Source of the DNA: Phoronis australis | Taxonomy: Eukaryota > Animalia > Phoronida | Length of the DNA: 64,000 nt | Direction of reading: 5' to 3' | Assembly: GCA_002633005.1 (NCBI GenBank) | Contig: NMRA01000216.1 | Span: 406,441-470,440 of the forward strand | Shown here: in pieces, positions 49,778 through 63,065 of the stretch | Position numbering within the stretch: the stretch's first letter is position 1 | Layout: every line of letters starts with the position of its first letter | Made by a program: the position numbers and the translations under genes | Notes under the pieces: generated by a model | The model's database searches: none | Told to the model about the DNA's origin: nothing | What the model saw: the letters and a program-made list of their open reading frames with translations, nothing else

Positions 49778-51675
49778 CTGGAAACAAAAACAAATGGAAT
49801 TCAAAAACAAGAAAAGTTGGTATAGGAGACAAGGAATTTGAAAAAACAATCAAAATAACGAGGGTTACTGTTAGTGTATATCATGACTGAGACTTTTAAA
49901 GCACCTTTAAATTAAATGGCAGATTCTTACTTGAAACTGCATCCGCGAAATGCATTTTTATCAAAAAACAAAGCACGATATCCCATAGAATATAACTCTA
50001 ATTCACTGAATATAATACTGAATCAGTGACAAAGCCAGAAATACTGTAGTGCAAGAGGACTACATCCATACCGATCTCTGCACTAACTGTAATGGATCTG
50101 CAGGAAACCGGGCATTTTGACCACACGGCACGACAGTTAAATTGTCGTCAATGACAATCTGCAACCATTTAATATCAACAGAAATCCACTTTTTGTACTA
50201 ATTACTAATATATCAGATGCAATCTATGTACTAAATGCAGTTGAAATAGGTGTCATGCGTTGATCAAATGAATTAACGTGATGGACATTAATTATTTCTA
50301 AATTGATTTTACTACATATATCTGGCGCTAGGTGACTGAAGGGACACAATTACCACCTCAAACAGCGCCGTTGACAGGCAGTGTTTAATTTACCTAAGTA
50401 GTGAAATGTCTGTATAAAGTGCATCAATTTCATTTTCATCATTATAATTCGTCATCATAAGAAAATTGTAGGTTACGTTGTATAACAAGCAATATGCGGA
50501 AATTAATCAATGCATTTCTCCAAGATTTGACATTTAGCATGACTTCACAGATCTGGTTAATGTTATGATTAGCATGTACAAATCAGGGAAGGACTCCCCA
50601 TGGGAGTGGGACGCGTTGGTAGACAAATCTGTTGTCAGTGAACTTTTAACTTGGCGACTCAAGTCACTTAAAAGTGGCGAATTTGCTTGCTCAGTTGGCA
50701 GCAATTCTATGTTCTTTTAAGAAATCCCGAAGTGCCTCCGATACAAATTCAACCCAGACAGCAAAACATCAGCAAAACTTCCAGTAAATAAACAATAAAA
50801 AAATAAACAAAAAGAACAATTTTAGCCAGTTCATTATCCGCATGATAGGCACTATTGCAGTAAAGCTATCAGCATTTGGCCGCCAGAAAAATGATTTTTG
50901 GCAGTTTGTTGTTGAGCATTTACTGTACTAGTAGAATCAACCAGTATTCTAAATTAGTATTTACAATACATAACAACGAAAGTTCCCAGTTTTACAATTA
51001 GGATGCAATGTATTTTATGGTCTGCCATAAGATTTAAAATAAAAACAGCTTGGCTCAGGGGTTACAAAAATAACAATTTAGAAATTGAAATAATCCATCC
51101 AAACAATATATCCACACATTTCACAGATGTCCAAACACTAACCACTTTCTGAAATGGCAGCGACATCGGATGAAATACGTCTTGTTGCTAGATGGCGCTA
51201 GAGTAATTGGTGGTTAGTGTTTTGCAATCATTTGCGGGTCTTTAGCATTCCCCAGTGATTTTTATAATTTCTTTGCCACCATCATACCATCAAATTGCCC
51301 CTGCTGTGCAGTATGTTTTACAAACGATTCACATAAAAATGTCCATGAAGGAAAGAAATTCTTTCGTCCTTGTCAACCTGACCTGTCTTCATTTTGTGCA
51401 CCAGAATTAGAGATTGGGTCAAGATAAATACGTTTTTGTGGTCTTACAACGCTAAAAGTTCTATGTCAAAATTTTCCTACTGCAAAAGCCATTTTGTACA
51501 AAACAAAACTGCGAGAAAACAAAAGAAATTCTGGCCGGATCTTGCCGCTACCAAGTAAAATCTGGATGGCAGACAGCATGGCATTAACGCCAGAAAGCGT
51601 AACACTTCATAACACAGCCAAGATCACAATCTATTTTTATTTTAAGGGCAGAAATAATGAGCATCATCAACTCAC

Positions 51676-51716
51676 CTGAGAGGAGCACTGACTTTGGCTA
51701 CTTGGTACTGATGCAT
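51676..51716 (-). CDS. RAP1GAP: Candidate alternative first coding exon of RAP1GAP (13 codons + AG)
   Basis: In-frame TAG upstream, aggATG, MHQYQVAKVSAPL, consensus donor CAG|gtgagt in phase 2. Confidence 0.58.
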
Positions 51717-53516
51717 CCTCCACTAATTCACAACTGAATACACTAACTGCTGTCCAGACCTAAACCAGACCAGTTAGCTGGAATGGCCATTCATTAAGTA
51801 AAGCTAGTCAATATACAAGTGCATAGCATAAAGCTTAATCCACAAACTGACTGGGGCTTTTGTCTGTCATGTTTACAAAGTGATAAGTCCCATATTAATT
51901 GCTTGTTATTGTATTGAGCCAGATCAGAAAAGCTTCAAAGCCAAGAGGTTTCAACTGTGTTTATCAACAGCTCTGCAGGGTTAAGGTACCTAGTTTTGAT
52001 TAAGAGCCAGAGTGAATGGCCAGTTTGTTTTGTGTCAAATTCCATAACAGAAATGAATTCATTCATAATGCTTTAAACCTATGTGAACTTACCAACATAT
52101 GGTTTCAACACTACTTTCAGTACTTGAATGAATGACTGAGCAACAAAACATAGAAACATAACTGCTGTAATAATAGTTTCCCACACACTTTTAATACATT
52201 TCAACACAAAAATAGTACTTTTGGGACAAAAATCCCATGATATTAAAAAGTGATCTCCTTTCTACTTACATGTTTCGCCCACTGTACGAACATCGTTGTC
52301 AAGTCAAACAATCAACTAATATAGATCCGTAAAGTAGAAAACAATGTCTGACACAATCGGTACATGTCAATTTCGTGGCATTTGGCTACAGTTTTCTGGG
52401 GGGTTTCCCTTTCACCTACAGCAGAGGTCAAGAAAGCAAGGATATTTTTAACACAAGAGACATACCGACATTTTTCCAATAGTTTGTACATTGATACACG
52501 AACTATTTTTCCTTTGACAGCTTCATGTTCAAATTAAAATAGATAAAGGTGGGCGTATGAACTATTGGAGACAAAACTCAAGTGTCAGAATTATTAGAGA
52601 TAAAACAATGAATTACTGAGGTCAATGTCTCCAGTCTCCGAGGCGGTGGTTTGGCAATCATATTATTACATGTAAAAAACTATTGCCCTAGGTGACGTAT
52701 TTACTTCAAAATGTAATGCTTGAAAGCTTGGTCACTTTATTTTCTTCTGGTTGTTCACGACCTCCACTTTCAACAACGATGCTGTATGCAAGTGCGGAGT
52801 TTCTGACTCCAGTACAATAGATAAAACATGTATTCGAAACAGGCTAGAGAATGTGACAGTGGGGTTGCCAACCCTTCCAATTTTATTTAGGTGGAAGGCT
52901 CCCAATATTTGAAGCACTCCCACTTACAGAAAGGGTGTCATCTGGCTACAAATGCTGTAGCTAAAATTTGATTTCTATCTTTTACAAAACGTTTTGTCTT
53001 CTGTCTGGTTCAGTAGACTAAGGATATCTGTCTTTTGATTTTGGAGTTGTAGACCAATTTCGGTTTTCAGACCTTCAGCCTTAATTGCCTTTTCATCTGA
53101 AACATTCTAAGCCACCCATAAGACTTTTTAGCCAAAAGTCAAAAGACAAAATCCAATATATTCTTGGACAAACAGGCCCCAGACTATAGTTTTCCTGTGG
53201 ATGCACTCAAACTGAAAACCCCCATGGACAAAACCATGGATCCCCTACTGTGAACTGCAATTTCCTACATTTTAATCTCGGATTCAAATTGTTTAGATAA
53301 AAAACAACTACCACGACAGTACAACCTTATTGTATCCATATCAAACAGTGAAGCACAAATTCTTCAATATGTGACAAAACTCGGTCACAAACTGGTCGCA
53401 TAGAGATGGATAGATTAGTGAATCAATAGTTCACTTAGTTGTTCTTTTTTATAATAAAGATAATAGCAAGGAGTTATGGGTAACCAGCGCAGGCACACTC
53501 AGGGTAAGATATCCAT

Positions 53517-53585
53517 CATGGGCGGCGCACCATAGGGGGCGGGGGGGGCTATACCCCCCACTTTTTTCAGTGTTGCGGCCCCATG
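53517..53585. mobile_element. Tiny MITE family B, inverted copy
   Basis: catgggcggcgca...tgcggccccatg with a perfect 5-bp TSD tccat (53512-53516 and 53586-53590). Confidence 0.88.
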
Positions 53586-53774
53586 TCCATGTCACTTGTA
53601 TTGTTATATCCAACAAAGACGCAACAAAGGAAAACAAAGGTAGTGTCCAATAGGCAATAACATGTCACATGGATGTCGCAAGTTAAACAATACCGTGTGG
53701 CCCACATACCACGTCAATTGGCATGGCTAAAATCTCTATTTTTGCTACTTCAAAGTCTTGCTACACTACTTGCT

Positions 53775-53892
53775 TCCCTAGAATTCTCCCAGATTCCATT
53801 AGGCAGTTCAGAGGTGCGAATGTCTGTCGGGAAAAATCCTGGCTAATATGCTGCCCTGGACCCCCTAACTCAAAATCCTGGATCCGCCCCTG
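53775..53892. mobile_element. MITE family A, truncated copy
   Basis: gaattctcccagattccatt...ctcaaaatcctggatccgcccctg. Confidence 0.8.
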
Positions 53893-55624
53893 TACACTGC
53901 TGCACATGTTCAAAATTTTACCTACTGGTAATCTTCTTAGTTAAAAATTCTGTATCATATGCACAGTGTTGGCAAAAATGTAAAAATTTGTCATGGTTAT
54001 ATTTGTTGACAAATTTGTCTTCCATATCGCGACTCAAACGAAATAATTTTTTATAAGTCATTTATTGAAAACTTGACCTTAATGTGACTTCGCCAAAGCA
54101 GCTTCGTAATACAGTACATGCCAAAAACATTTTATCAAAATAACCCTGCAACCAAATTTATTGTTAAAGTAGCCTACTCTCAAGACCAAGAATGAACAAA
54201 AGTTAGTAGAAAGGTGGCTAAGCCATTCCAAAATCAGAATTTTCCCCTCATAAAAGACATTATCAGTCATTTTTGATGTTAACAGCATTGTGTTTGACTA
54301 GTTTTGTTTTGCACTGTGTTTCAAGCAGGCGACAATAATTCATGCTTCAGGTGAAGTTCCATACTTTTCTCGTGAAGAACCATTCAGATGTCAAAAAGTA
54401 AGGTAAATTAAAAGTCGGTTTATAACATGAGGTAATCGATTTGTGTCACAATCTACACTTACACTAACAGACAAAATAGTTGTTGACACATGAACAATAA
54501 AGATAAGAGAATGAAATTTTACACAGCCAAGAAAATCAATATTTATTGTGACAAAATCACCAAGATAGAAAAATCCATAAGTTAGTGAAAAGCCATTAAT
54601 ACTTAAAATAACTCTTTGGTAAAAGTGCTATTGTATTTCAAAAATCACAAATCAGAAAACATTCTACTTCAATAGGAAAGAGGCATTTTATTGGTGCGGC
54701 AAAATCTCACAATTTATGGTAGACAACTGAACCTTTATTTTCTCATTTTTCAGAAAAGATACATAACACTAAATTAAAGCTTTGCCATTCAGTGAGCAAA
54801 CATACCATCATAAAATATCTTGGAAAAAATGAGCCAGCTTTCACAACGTTAGAAGCTCTTGAAAATAAAAAAACGCAATTATTTCAACCATAATTGGTGA
54901 CATTTCACGGCTCCATCACAAGATACTAAAATTATGCAGCATTTCCATGGTGATGACTTGCATAGCTAGATCTACATTAAATATTTCCTGACTTGTACTC
55001 GGTAAGATGGTTTTTAAAATGAACCTTCGGCTAGCCAATGAGACTGTAACTGTAACATTTTAGTGGTACATACTTCCATGCAAAAATGAGAACCAGAGAA
55101 AAACAGTCCCAATGATGCAAAATAATGATAAATGCATTGTAATTTGCTTGAACTGCTGAACCACAATTAAATGCAACCCAAACATTGGCGCCTGTTTTAT
55201 CTCCAGAATTACGTTTGACTGTTGACTTGAGGACAACAAAATATTCAATGTTACGATCTAAGTCTATCATTATGGCACACATACTACTATTACCGTACTG
55301 TCACCATATGCTGAGCTTCATGGCAACGGATTCTGAATCGCGCTTAGCAATGCATCCCAACTGAGTGCACATTGTCAACTATCCTGTTCATCTCACTAAT
55401 CAAGGCATTAGAAGCACAAGTAATGAAGAAAATCGCTACAAATTCACATTGACACTTTCACTTACAAATCAGTTTGTAGAAATAACAGTCTTTATGGATA
55501 TTTTGTCTCTAGCAAGGAGTGCAGCAAAAATTACTCAGCTTTTGGTAGTATAGGAAACATATGGTAAAACCTCATGAATTTCGGAAAAATACATTGCCAA
55601 AATTGCCATTTTTTTCATTGTCAT

Positions 55625-55806
55625 GAATAAATAGGCTTGAGTAATAGAAATGTCTTTTGCGTTGTAAAATTTAACTGAAATAAAGGTTTTTGCAATTAAG
55701 CCAAATAATGATAAAAAAGAAACAAAAAGAGGCAACTAGAAATCAAATGAGGGGAAATCGAAACATAAAAAAAGAAATCCTCTTAAAAGAGGACAATTCT
55801 CAGCCC
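55625..55806 (+). mobile_element. Dispersed repeat, probable hAT-type MITE end (sister at 60144-60334)
   Basis: aggcttgagtaatagaaat...gaaatcctcttaaaagaggacaattctcagccc matches the 60144-60334 copy. Confidence 0.6.
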
Positions 55807-58189
55807 AAAAAACTTGAACTTGGAAAAGCATTTCATTTTGGTGCTAAACATGTTTCATGCAAAAAATTACAAACTTTTTACTCCTCGGCCATATTTTGTC
55901 CTCAATAAGTGGGATTTTACCGTACCTACTTGTTCCTCCTAAATGTCCAACTGTACATCACCTCTATAGATTAAGAATGGCAGCACTTTGTTATCATTAC
56001 TATGACAGTCAGCTAAGAACGTACACCACAGTGGTGATGAGTGTTGCATCAGTACTGTTTTAACAGAACAGGTGTCAATAGCACAGGTAAACAATTACCT
56101 GACTATTGTATTCTGAGTCAATATATCGATACTCAGTGACTTGGCTTACTGACACACACAAATGCGACAAGTTAGAAGTCTCTGCTGTCTTTGTTAGAAT
56201 CACAGCAAAAAGGCTTATGATAAACGTTTTTCAATTTGAAACCAATAAATGTGACAACTGAAATTATTATTTTTTCAAGCACTAAGTACCGAAAGTTGTT
56301 TGCAGACAGGTTAAAGACCCACGCAGTGCCACATTCTAAACCATAAATTGGATCATGTTTGAAATGGAGCCTTTTTGGTTTTTTCTGTAGAAAGTTCTAG
56401 TGTTCCCAACTACACACTTTGGCTAGACTCAATCAGCACTGCATGGCCCTCCATTGACAAGATGAAAAAAAATTCTAAAAGCGGTCATTTTTCTAGAGAT
56501 ACTTGTCCACTGCATGACGTCCTAAATCAAAGACACTATACGGTAATTTGATTTCGTCGGAGTGTTTGAAAAATTATGCTGTAACGATACCTCTGATGAA
56601 CTGTGGAAAAATTACATCATAAATCAATTGCAGTTCAAATACTGAGGGCTGCAGTGTTCTGCTGAACAGAGTAGCCATGAAGACTGAACAGTAGCCACTA
56701 TCATTTCTACGGTAATTCTACAATGATTTCACACAAATCAAATATATTTTCCAGGTAATCGGGTATGCCAAAGAAAATGAATATTAAGACTTCATAGTTG
56801 ACAAATGTACAAAATCGACTGCGCAGCCAAGCATCGTCAACTGTCCTTTTGTGAATTTAACAAAATATTGCCTATCGTTTGCCATTGTGATTAAACTAAC
56901 TTCCTTTCTCCTGTTCGAATAAAAGAGTACTTTTACCGCCACCCCATCATTGGTGAAACAATCTTTTGGGGGTGTGGCTCTGACTGACACTCGTCCAGCG
57001 GGTCATCCCTTTAACCACAGGCTAACAACAGAATGAGGTAAGTAGCGAATATACATTACCATAGGTAGTTGAATGGGTGTGTGCATTATTACAATTAATG
57101 ATGGGGCAATGTCCATATTTTCCAAAATGCAAAATCGACCCTGTGCGAATTAGGTGAGGCAAGGCATTCCCACTGAAGAAGCATGGTGTGAAATACTTAA
57201 GGGAGAAAATATGCTCTTTAAAAATATTTTTGTTGTGTGAAATGTGGTGAGTGTGATGAATACAGGGTACACTCAAAATTATCACCTCATTATGTCATAT
57301 TTTTACTCCTCTATTCCTACTTCATAATGACACAGAGAGGTCAAGTAGCCACTCATAGAACATAGCCATTTTTATACGAGGAACAATTGTCATCGTGCAA
57401 GATGTCACAGCGTGACTTCCACAACTTTAGTCGCATTTACAGCAAGAGTCATTGACACGTACACTGTCTGCCTACACTCGCATAAAGAGTAGCGAACATT
57501 CAAATCACATGGAATGCTAGTGGATCACCCCCTATATATGCTATTGCGCAAGCGCAAGCGTAACAGAGAAAATATATTCCACCTTGCCCCAGTTCATATT
57601 TGTATGTGTAGTTGACACAGGAGCAACTGCTCAAGTACAACTTGCTCTACTTCTCAAACCGATGTCAAACATTGCACCGTGGTGTCAACTTGCTCTGTTC
57701 CAAAGTGTTTACACACACAGATCAAGTTTGAGTTTAATACTGGAATAAAAACTTACAAAAAATTAGCGAAGTTGCATCCGCATGTCACAGACTTCAGCTT
57801 GGCTTGCGACGTTATTGTTATTCAGGCCAATTGGTGGCGTTTTGGCCAGACAGAGCGGCATTGACGTCAGAACACTATCCCATACTTGTGACAAATCAAA
57901 TCTTAAACCACCTCTTTTATTTAAAGAGGGACTCTCAATGCGCTCATGGAGAGCTTCTTTTATACCCCTTCTGAACCAGTCTACGTCACAGTCTATGATT
58001 GTGACATCATTATTCCAGTATTACACTCAAACTTGATCTGTTTGCTCAACTGGATGTCTCAAAATTTTCATGCTTTTGTTTACAAACATACTTGCGCCTA
58101 ATCAGTTGTTCCGTGTCAACTGCACCTCTTGTAAATGCAGGTCACGAGACTTGTGCACCTTTAGCGAGACAAACAAAAAATTTCATTGC

Positions 58190-58640
58190 TTCTTCTTTTG
58201 TCATTGTGCTTACACACCACGTAGAAGGACCCTCCTGCACACTATCACAACACTTTACGACCTCCTATGAGTTTCCAAACTTCAGACATCATGCAAAGTG
58301 GCAAATTGTCACAGAGAAATTGAAATCTAGCACAAAAAACAATCTTTCAATGCTTCTTTTGCTAGTGAGCTGATACAACATGCAGAGGACCCACCTGCAC
58401 ACTCACTCAGACCTCCTATGAGTTTCCTAACTGAAGACATTATGCAAGTTGACAAACTGACATACCGGGGTATCTCCACAGAGCTATTAAAATCTAGAAC
58501 AAAAACAATGATTTTTCTACTCTTCTTTTGGCATTGCGGTGAGACACCACACAGAGGGACCCTTCTGTACACTCGCAGTTTACGACCTCCTATGGGTCTC
58601 CGAACTGCACAAATTATACAAGTTGACAAATTGACATATT
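58190..58640. repeat. Diverged tandem repeat, about 3 units of ~150-175 bp
   Basis: The ggaccc...cact...gacctcctatg...caagttgacaaa blocks recur near 58259, 58410 and 58584. Confidence 0.8.
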
Positions 58641-59606
58641 TCCACTCAGCTACTGAAATCTTTGCATCAATGCTCAACAAATAACAACTCAAAATAACTA
58701 GGTGGTACGTGTGAAACAACGGTTTCCCCCAAAAAGATGCATGCATTTTGTTAGTCATGTGACTTCCTTATCTCACGCAACACATATAGACCATCATCAG
58801 GCCTCGCTTTAAGTTACGCTCTTTACGGAAACAGTAGGCAGGCAAAACCTGACCAATGTGGCAGACAAGTGAAATAGCATTTTCTCATTTTTTGTTGTGT
58901 TCAATTCTGTTTCATAGTTACCTATCAACAGTTTGAATAAATCAGTGAGTATTCACAACAATGGTAAAAGCTCCTGAAAAATGAAAGATGGCAAATTTGG
59001 CAATTATTGTCACCTGAATTGGTGCCGGTTTTACCTTAAACCAGCATAGAATGAGAAGGCTCACGGCACACCCATGATCTAACATTTTCCAGCTACAAAT
59101 TTCATGAGTCATATTCAAATTTCAGAGCTGACCCGCAAGTGTCATGGTATAACAGCTTGTGCATTTCTCACTTCTAAGAATAAAATCTGCAATTATTGAC
59201 CCATTCACACTGACGGTATGGAAATTTTCCACTTATTTCGCACAAATGTCATTTTTCCATGTTTAAAGGCTAATTACTTTACTGCAAACAATGGAAATTT
59301 ATCAAAACCTTTTTCAAGATATCTACACAGTAAAAATCACGGTAGTATTAGACTAAAAGTATTTTTTAAATTAATCTTTATTGTTAAAGGAAAATTTTGA
59401 TAAAACACAATTTCATTTGTCAGCTATATTGTGTGCTACATGAGTGACGAATTGCCATGGATTGAAATCAATTCAGTTTGAATCAGTTTATCCTTAACAG
59501 CTTTTAACAGTTGCTATGTCTCTGCATTTACACTTTAAAGATTGAATGTCCCTCTGCTGAAAGAATTCCACGCAATGCATGCTTCTCACCTAAAAAAGGG
59601 CAGGTA

Positions 59607-59844
59607 CGGCAGAATAACATCAATTTCAGACAAAATAATTGCCAAAATCGCACTTTCTTCATATTCAAGGGCTTCTAGCATTGTTGTGAATGCCCACAAT
59701 TGTTCAAAACATTCTCTATTGTTAGGTAATTGGTAAAGATTTTGAATACCGAAAAGCGATAAATATCTTTAGTGAGAAAAACGAGAAAATAAGATTTCAC
59801 TTGCCCGCCATTTTGTACAACTCCAAATTGGTAAGATTTTACTG
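59607..59844 (+). mobile_element. TA-target MITE family D copy
   Basis: ta|cggcagaataacatcaattt ... ccaaattggtaagattttactg. Confidence 0.7.
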
Positions 59845-60143
59845 AAATCACATGGTTTTCATGGTGTCAGCCTGAGTGTTATCTTTAAGTTTTTGCTTTT
59901 TGGACAAACAGATGAAGATAAACGTGAGGAGACGCAAGTCTGTGGTACCCACAAACGTGAACCTAGATCTACAAGGTGGTAGGTTCCCCTCACATTCCCC
60001 ATCCGAGATTTTGTTACCCCATATGTATTATGAATAACCACACCCAGAATGTTTAGGGAAAAATTAAAAGTTAAGTATTAGTCATAGCTTGATATAACCA
60101 ATGACAAAAAGAGGGAAAATTTTCAGGTGATGTATCGTTTCAC

Positions 60144-60334
60144 AATAAACAGGCTTGTGTAATAGAAATATTTTTGTGTTGAGAATTCAACAGAAATAAT
60201 TTACGTTTTTGCATGAATTAAGTCAAAATAATGATTAACAAAGAGACAAAAAAAGAGGAAACTGGACATCAAATAAGAGGAAATCGAAACCAAAAAAAGA
60301 GGAAATCCTCTTAAGAGGAAAATTCCAAGCCCTG
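60144..60334 (+). mobile_element. Dispersed repeat, probable hAT-type MITE end
   Basis: Similar to 55625-55806. Ends ...aattccaagccctg (CAGGGC terminus on the minus strand). Confidence 0.6.
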
Positions 60335-60358
60335 TACAGTCCTAAGGAAATGCATTAC

Positions 60359-60423
60359 CTGTCATAATCCGGCTGTTTCGTACTGCCACAAATCACGAAA
60401 CGAGACATGAATGAATCAACCAT
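60359..60423 (-). CDS. RAP1GAP: Candidate distal alternative first coding exon of RAP1GAP (21 codons + AG)
   Basis: In-frame TAA upstream, gtcATGG, MVDSFMSRFVICGSTKQPDYD, donor CAG|gtaatg in phase 2. Confidence 0.45.
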
Positions 60424-61620
60424 GACTTATAGAACAGGGGCAATGTCAAGAATTTTCAGAGTCGAGTCTTCTCAACTGCGTCAAGCAAGCAACAGGTTGG
60501 CTGATGTAAGAAAATCTTCCTAGATAAACTTAATGTTATTAGTGAAAAGCAAATTCGTCACTGATTAACTGCATCTGGCCAGGATCACAGCTGTTAGACT
60601 CAATTGAAAACCTCCCAGCAGTCAAGTTCAAGTGTTTTTGTTGATATTTCAATAACACCTTGATATATTCCCACTGAAGTGTAAATACACTCTACCGCTC
60701 CACAGTTCTGATGAGTGACCACATTATGAAATTTTGTTTGCAAGCAACAGCACTGGAATAATTAGAAAATCTCCTGTAGACAAATAATCGCATGATCACA
60801 CAAGCTTGAGATATTGAAATCAGTCTCTTAATCCAAACACCTTCTGTTGCTCCATCCTCAAAACCATGCCATGTCCTGGAGAATATTAATCCACTCTTTG
60901 AATCCAATTAGGAAAAAGCTAGCTCCAACTGTCACTGACACAATTCAAGTGAAGTTGAAAGTCCCAAAATGAAACTTCTGTTGGACATACATGTGCATAC
61001 CAAAGATCCTCCAGTGATAAGCTGAACACTCACTGGATGAATGATCAACAGCTTGATACAGGTAAACTGAAGCACACCTGCAGGCAGGTATAAATAGTAT
61101 GCGTCATCACACCAGCATATGGTGGATCAACTGTCAGACACCAGAAGCACAATACAATACAGTATAATAGACATCAAGTCAATGATCACTTCCTTCATAC
61201 ACACAGTGTCAGCAACATCGCAGCTACGATCATCCCCAACTTATTTCTTATTTCGTACAAAAATAATAATCAAAAGTCATTTTTCCACTTATCAAAGGTT
61301 GATTACTTAGCTGCAATTAACGTAAACGTTTCCTAATGCTGTTTTCCGATATCAACGCAGTACAACGCAAGCAAGAGACTGAAATGTTATCCTGTTTAGT
61401 GTGGAAAGACTTAGTAAAATAGGTGTTCACTAGGTGAACATGTTGTTTGCTTGCTAAATAGGTAAAAAACAGCAGTAACATGTTTTTCGTTGAATACAAA
61501 AGTGATTTCAAGGTAAATCTATTGGGCAGAGCAACAATGCAGGGGTGCTGGATAGCTTATATTGAAATGTTCTACATTTAATATCGCTGTATGTCTTTAC
61601 AAATTTCACTACATGGTACA

Positions 61621-61776
61621 CAAGGGCGGATCCAGGATTTTTAGTTAGGGGGGGCAGGGCAGAGTATTAGCCAGGATTTTGCATGTCAGACATTTGCACC
61701 CCCGAACTGCCAAATGGAATTTGAGAGAGTTTTAGGGGGCCACGGCCCCCTTGGCTACCTTCTAAATCCGCCACTG
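61621..61776. mobile_element. MITE family A, full-length inverted copy
   Basis: caagggcggatccagga...taaatccgccactg. Flanks gtaca / gttca (4 of 5 match). Confidence 0.85.
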
Positions 61777-61781
61777 GTTCA

Positions 61782-62010
61782 ATCTCAAATTTTGGACGAA
61801 AAATTGCAAAATATACTTTTCTTTCATTATTAAGGGCTTTCAATATTTTTACTCAGTGCCCACAATTGCTGTCCACCCCTACTACCCCTCCCCCCACCCC
61901 AAAACCCTGAAAAATTGTCAGGTGATAGCTGTGGTATAGAACTTAAAATGATAAAGCATTTATTTGGTGCCACTTACCTTTAATGAAAAATTGAAAAATA
62001 AAATTTCAGA
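61782..62010 (+). mobile_element. TA-target MITE family D, degraded copy abutting the family A copy
   Basis: atctcaaattttggacgaaaaattgcaaaa ... gcatttatttggtgc...aaaatttca. Confidence 0.55.
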
Positions 62011-63065
62011 TGTATGTCACATAGGTTATTAGCCAGCCTACTGTATTCATGTTATCAAAAATGTTGCCATGCGTAACAAAACAGCTGTATGATTACTGCC
62101 TTTTTATTAAAATATCCATTAAATGTCTAGACTGTAACACCGGAGATCCTCTCCATAACTGCATCCACAACTCTTTGTGTTGTGTTCAATACAGGCAAAC
62201 AGATTAAACAGAGGCAAGGAAATAGTAATAAGCAGGCATTTAGAGCCTTCCAATAACAAAATTATTAACCTTCCACATCTGATTTTACAAAATTAATGTG
62301 TTGACTCTTATAAAAGTTTGATCGTTGCCATAATGTCAATACAGTTACAACTGCATATTACATGAAATAATAGCATAATGCCCACGCTTCAGCACGTCTG
62401 AGGCTTAAGCTAATAGTTGTTTTCAAGCATATCATTTTTATGGAAGTTAGGGCTTAAAGGCATACTTGAAGAGCCTGAGAAAGCAAGGCCGGCCTTTACT
62501 CTGATTTCCGAACCGTAATATCTCATCATTTTCAAGGATTTCAAATATCGTCAAGTATGCCCACGCTTTTAGTGAAAAAACTGCCAGTGCACAGTACATT
62601 GCACAGTGCAGTGTACAGTACTTGAAAAAGGAAAAGCATTCATCTGGTGCTATAGACAGTGATCGCCGTCTCTAGCTGGCCCGGTAGAGACAGTGGAGCT
62701 CCTATAGGAGCTTGATACGCCAGAAGCTTTTCGGCGAATTATGCCTCACACTGACTAAAACATCAAAGTCAAGTTGTTATAAATACCTTTTGCGCATAGA
62801 GGGACATCTTAGGAGGCCGTCAATGTATTCAATTCCTTCCAACTCAAAGAAATATTCCCGTTAATAAAATTTTTCTTCAAGCAGTCCCTCGTTCAGTTCC
62901 CAAAATCGTTGCCATTTTTACACTGTGTACGCCAGGGGATATGATGTCATACCACCTGCCGCATTCATTGTTAAAAATGGCCAGTTACCGATTTTAGGAA
63001 CTGAACGAAGGACTGCTCGAAGAAAAAGCTTAACAACTGAAGTATTTCTTAGACTTGAAAGGAAT

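Larger units (their letters stand above)
1..60423 (-). other. RAP1GAP: 5' portion of a RAP1GAP-family gene (intron-rich). It continues past the left edge and its upstream limit is uncertain.
   Basis: A chain of phase-compatible minus-strand exons with GT-AG signals encodes GoLoco motif(s) followed by the Rap1GAP N-terminal GP(F/Y)P...GGYWI(D/E)G motif. Confidence 0.8.

Noticed and set aside
58327-58758. Longest ORF in the track (143 aa)
   Set aside because: It lies in a diverged tandem repeat, and its internal peptide repeats mirror the DNA repeat.
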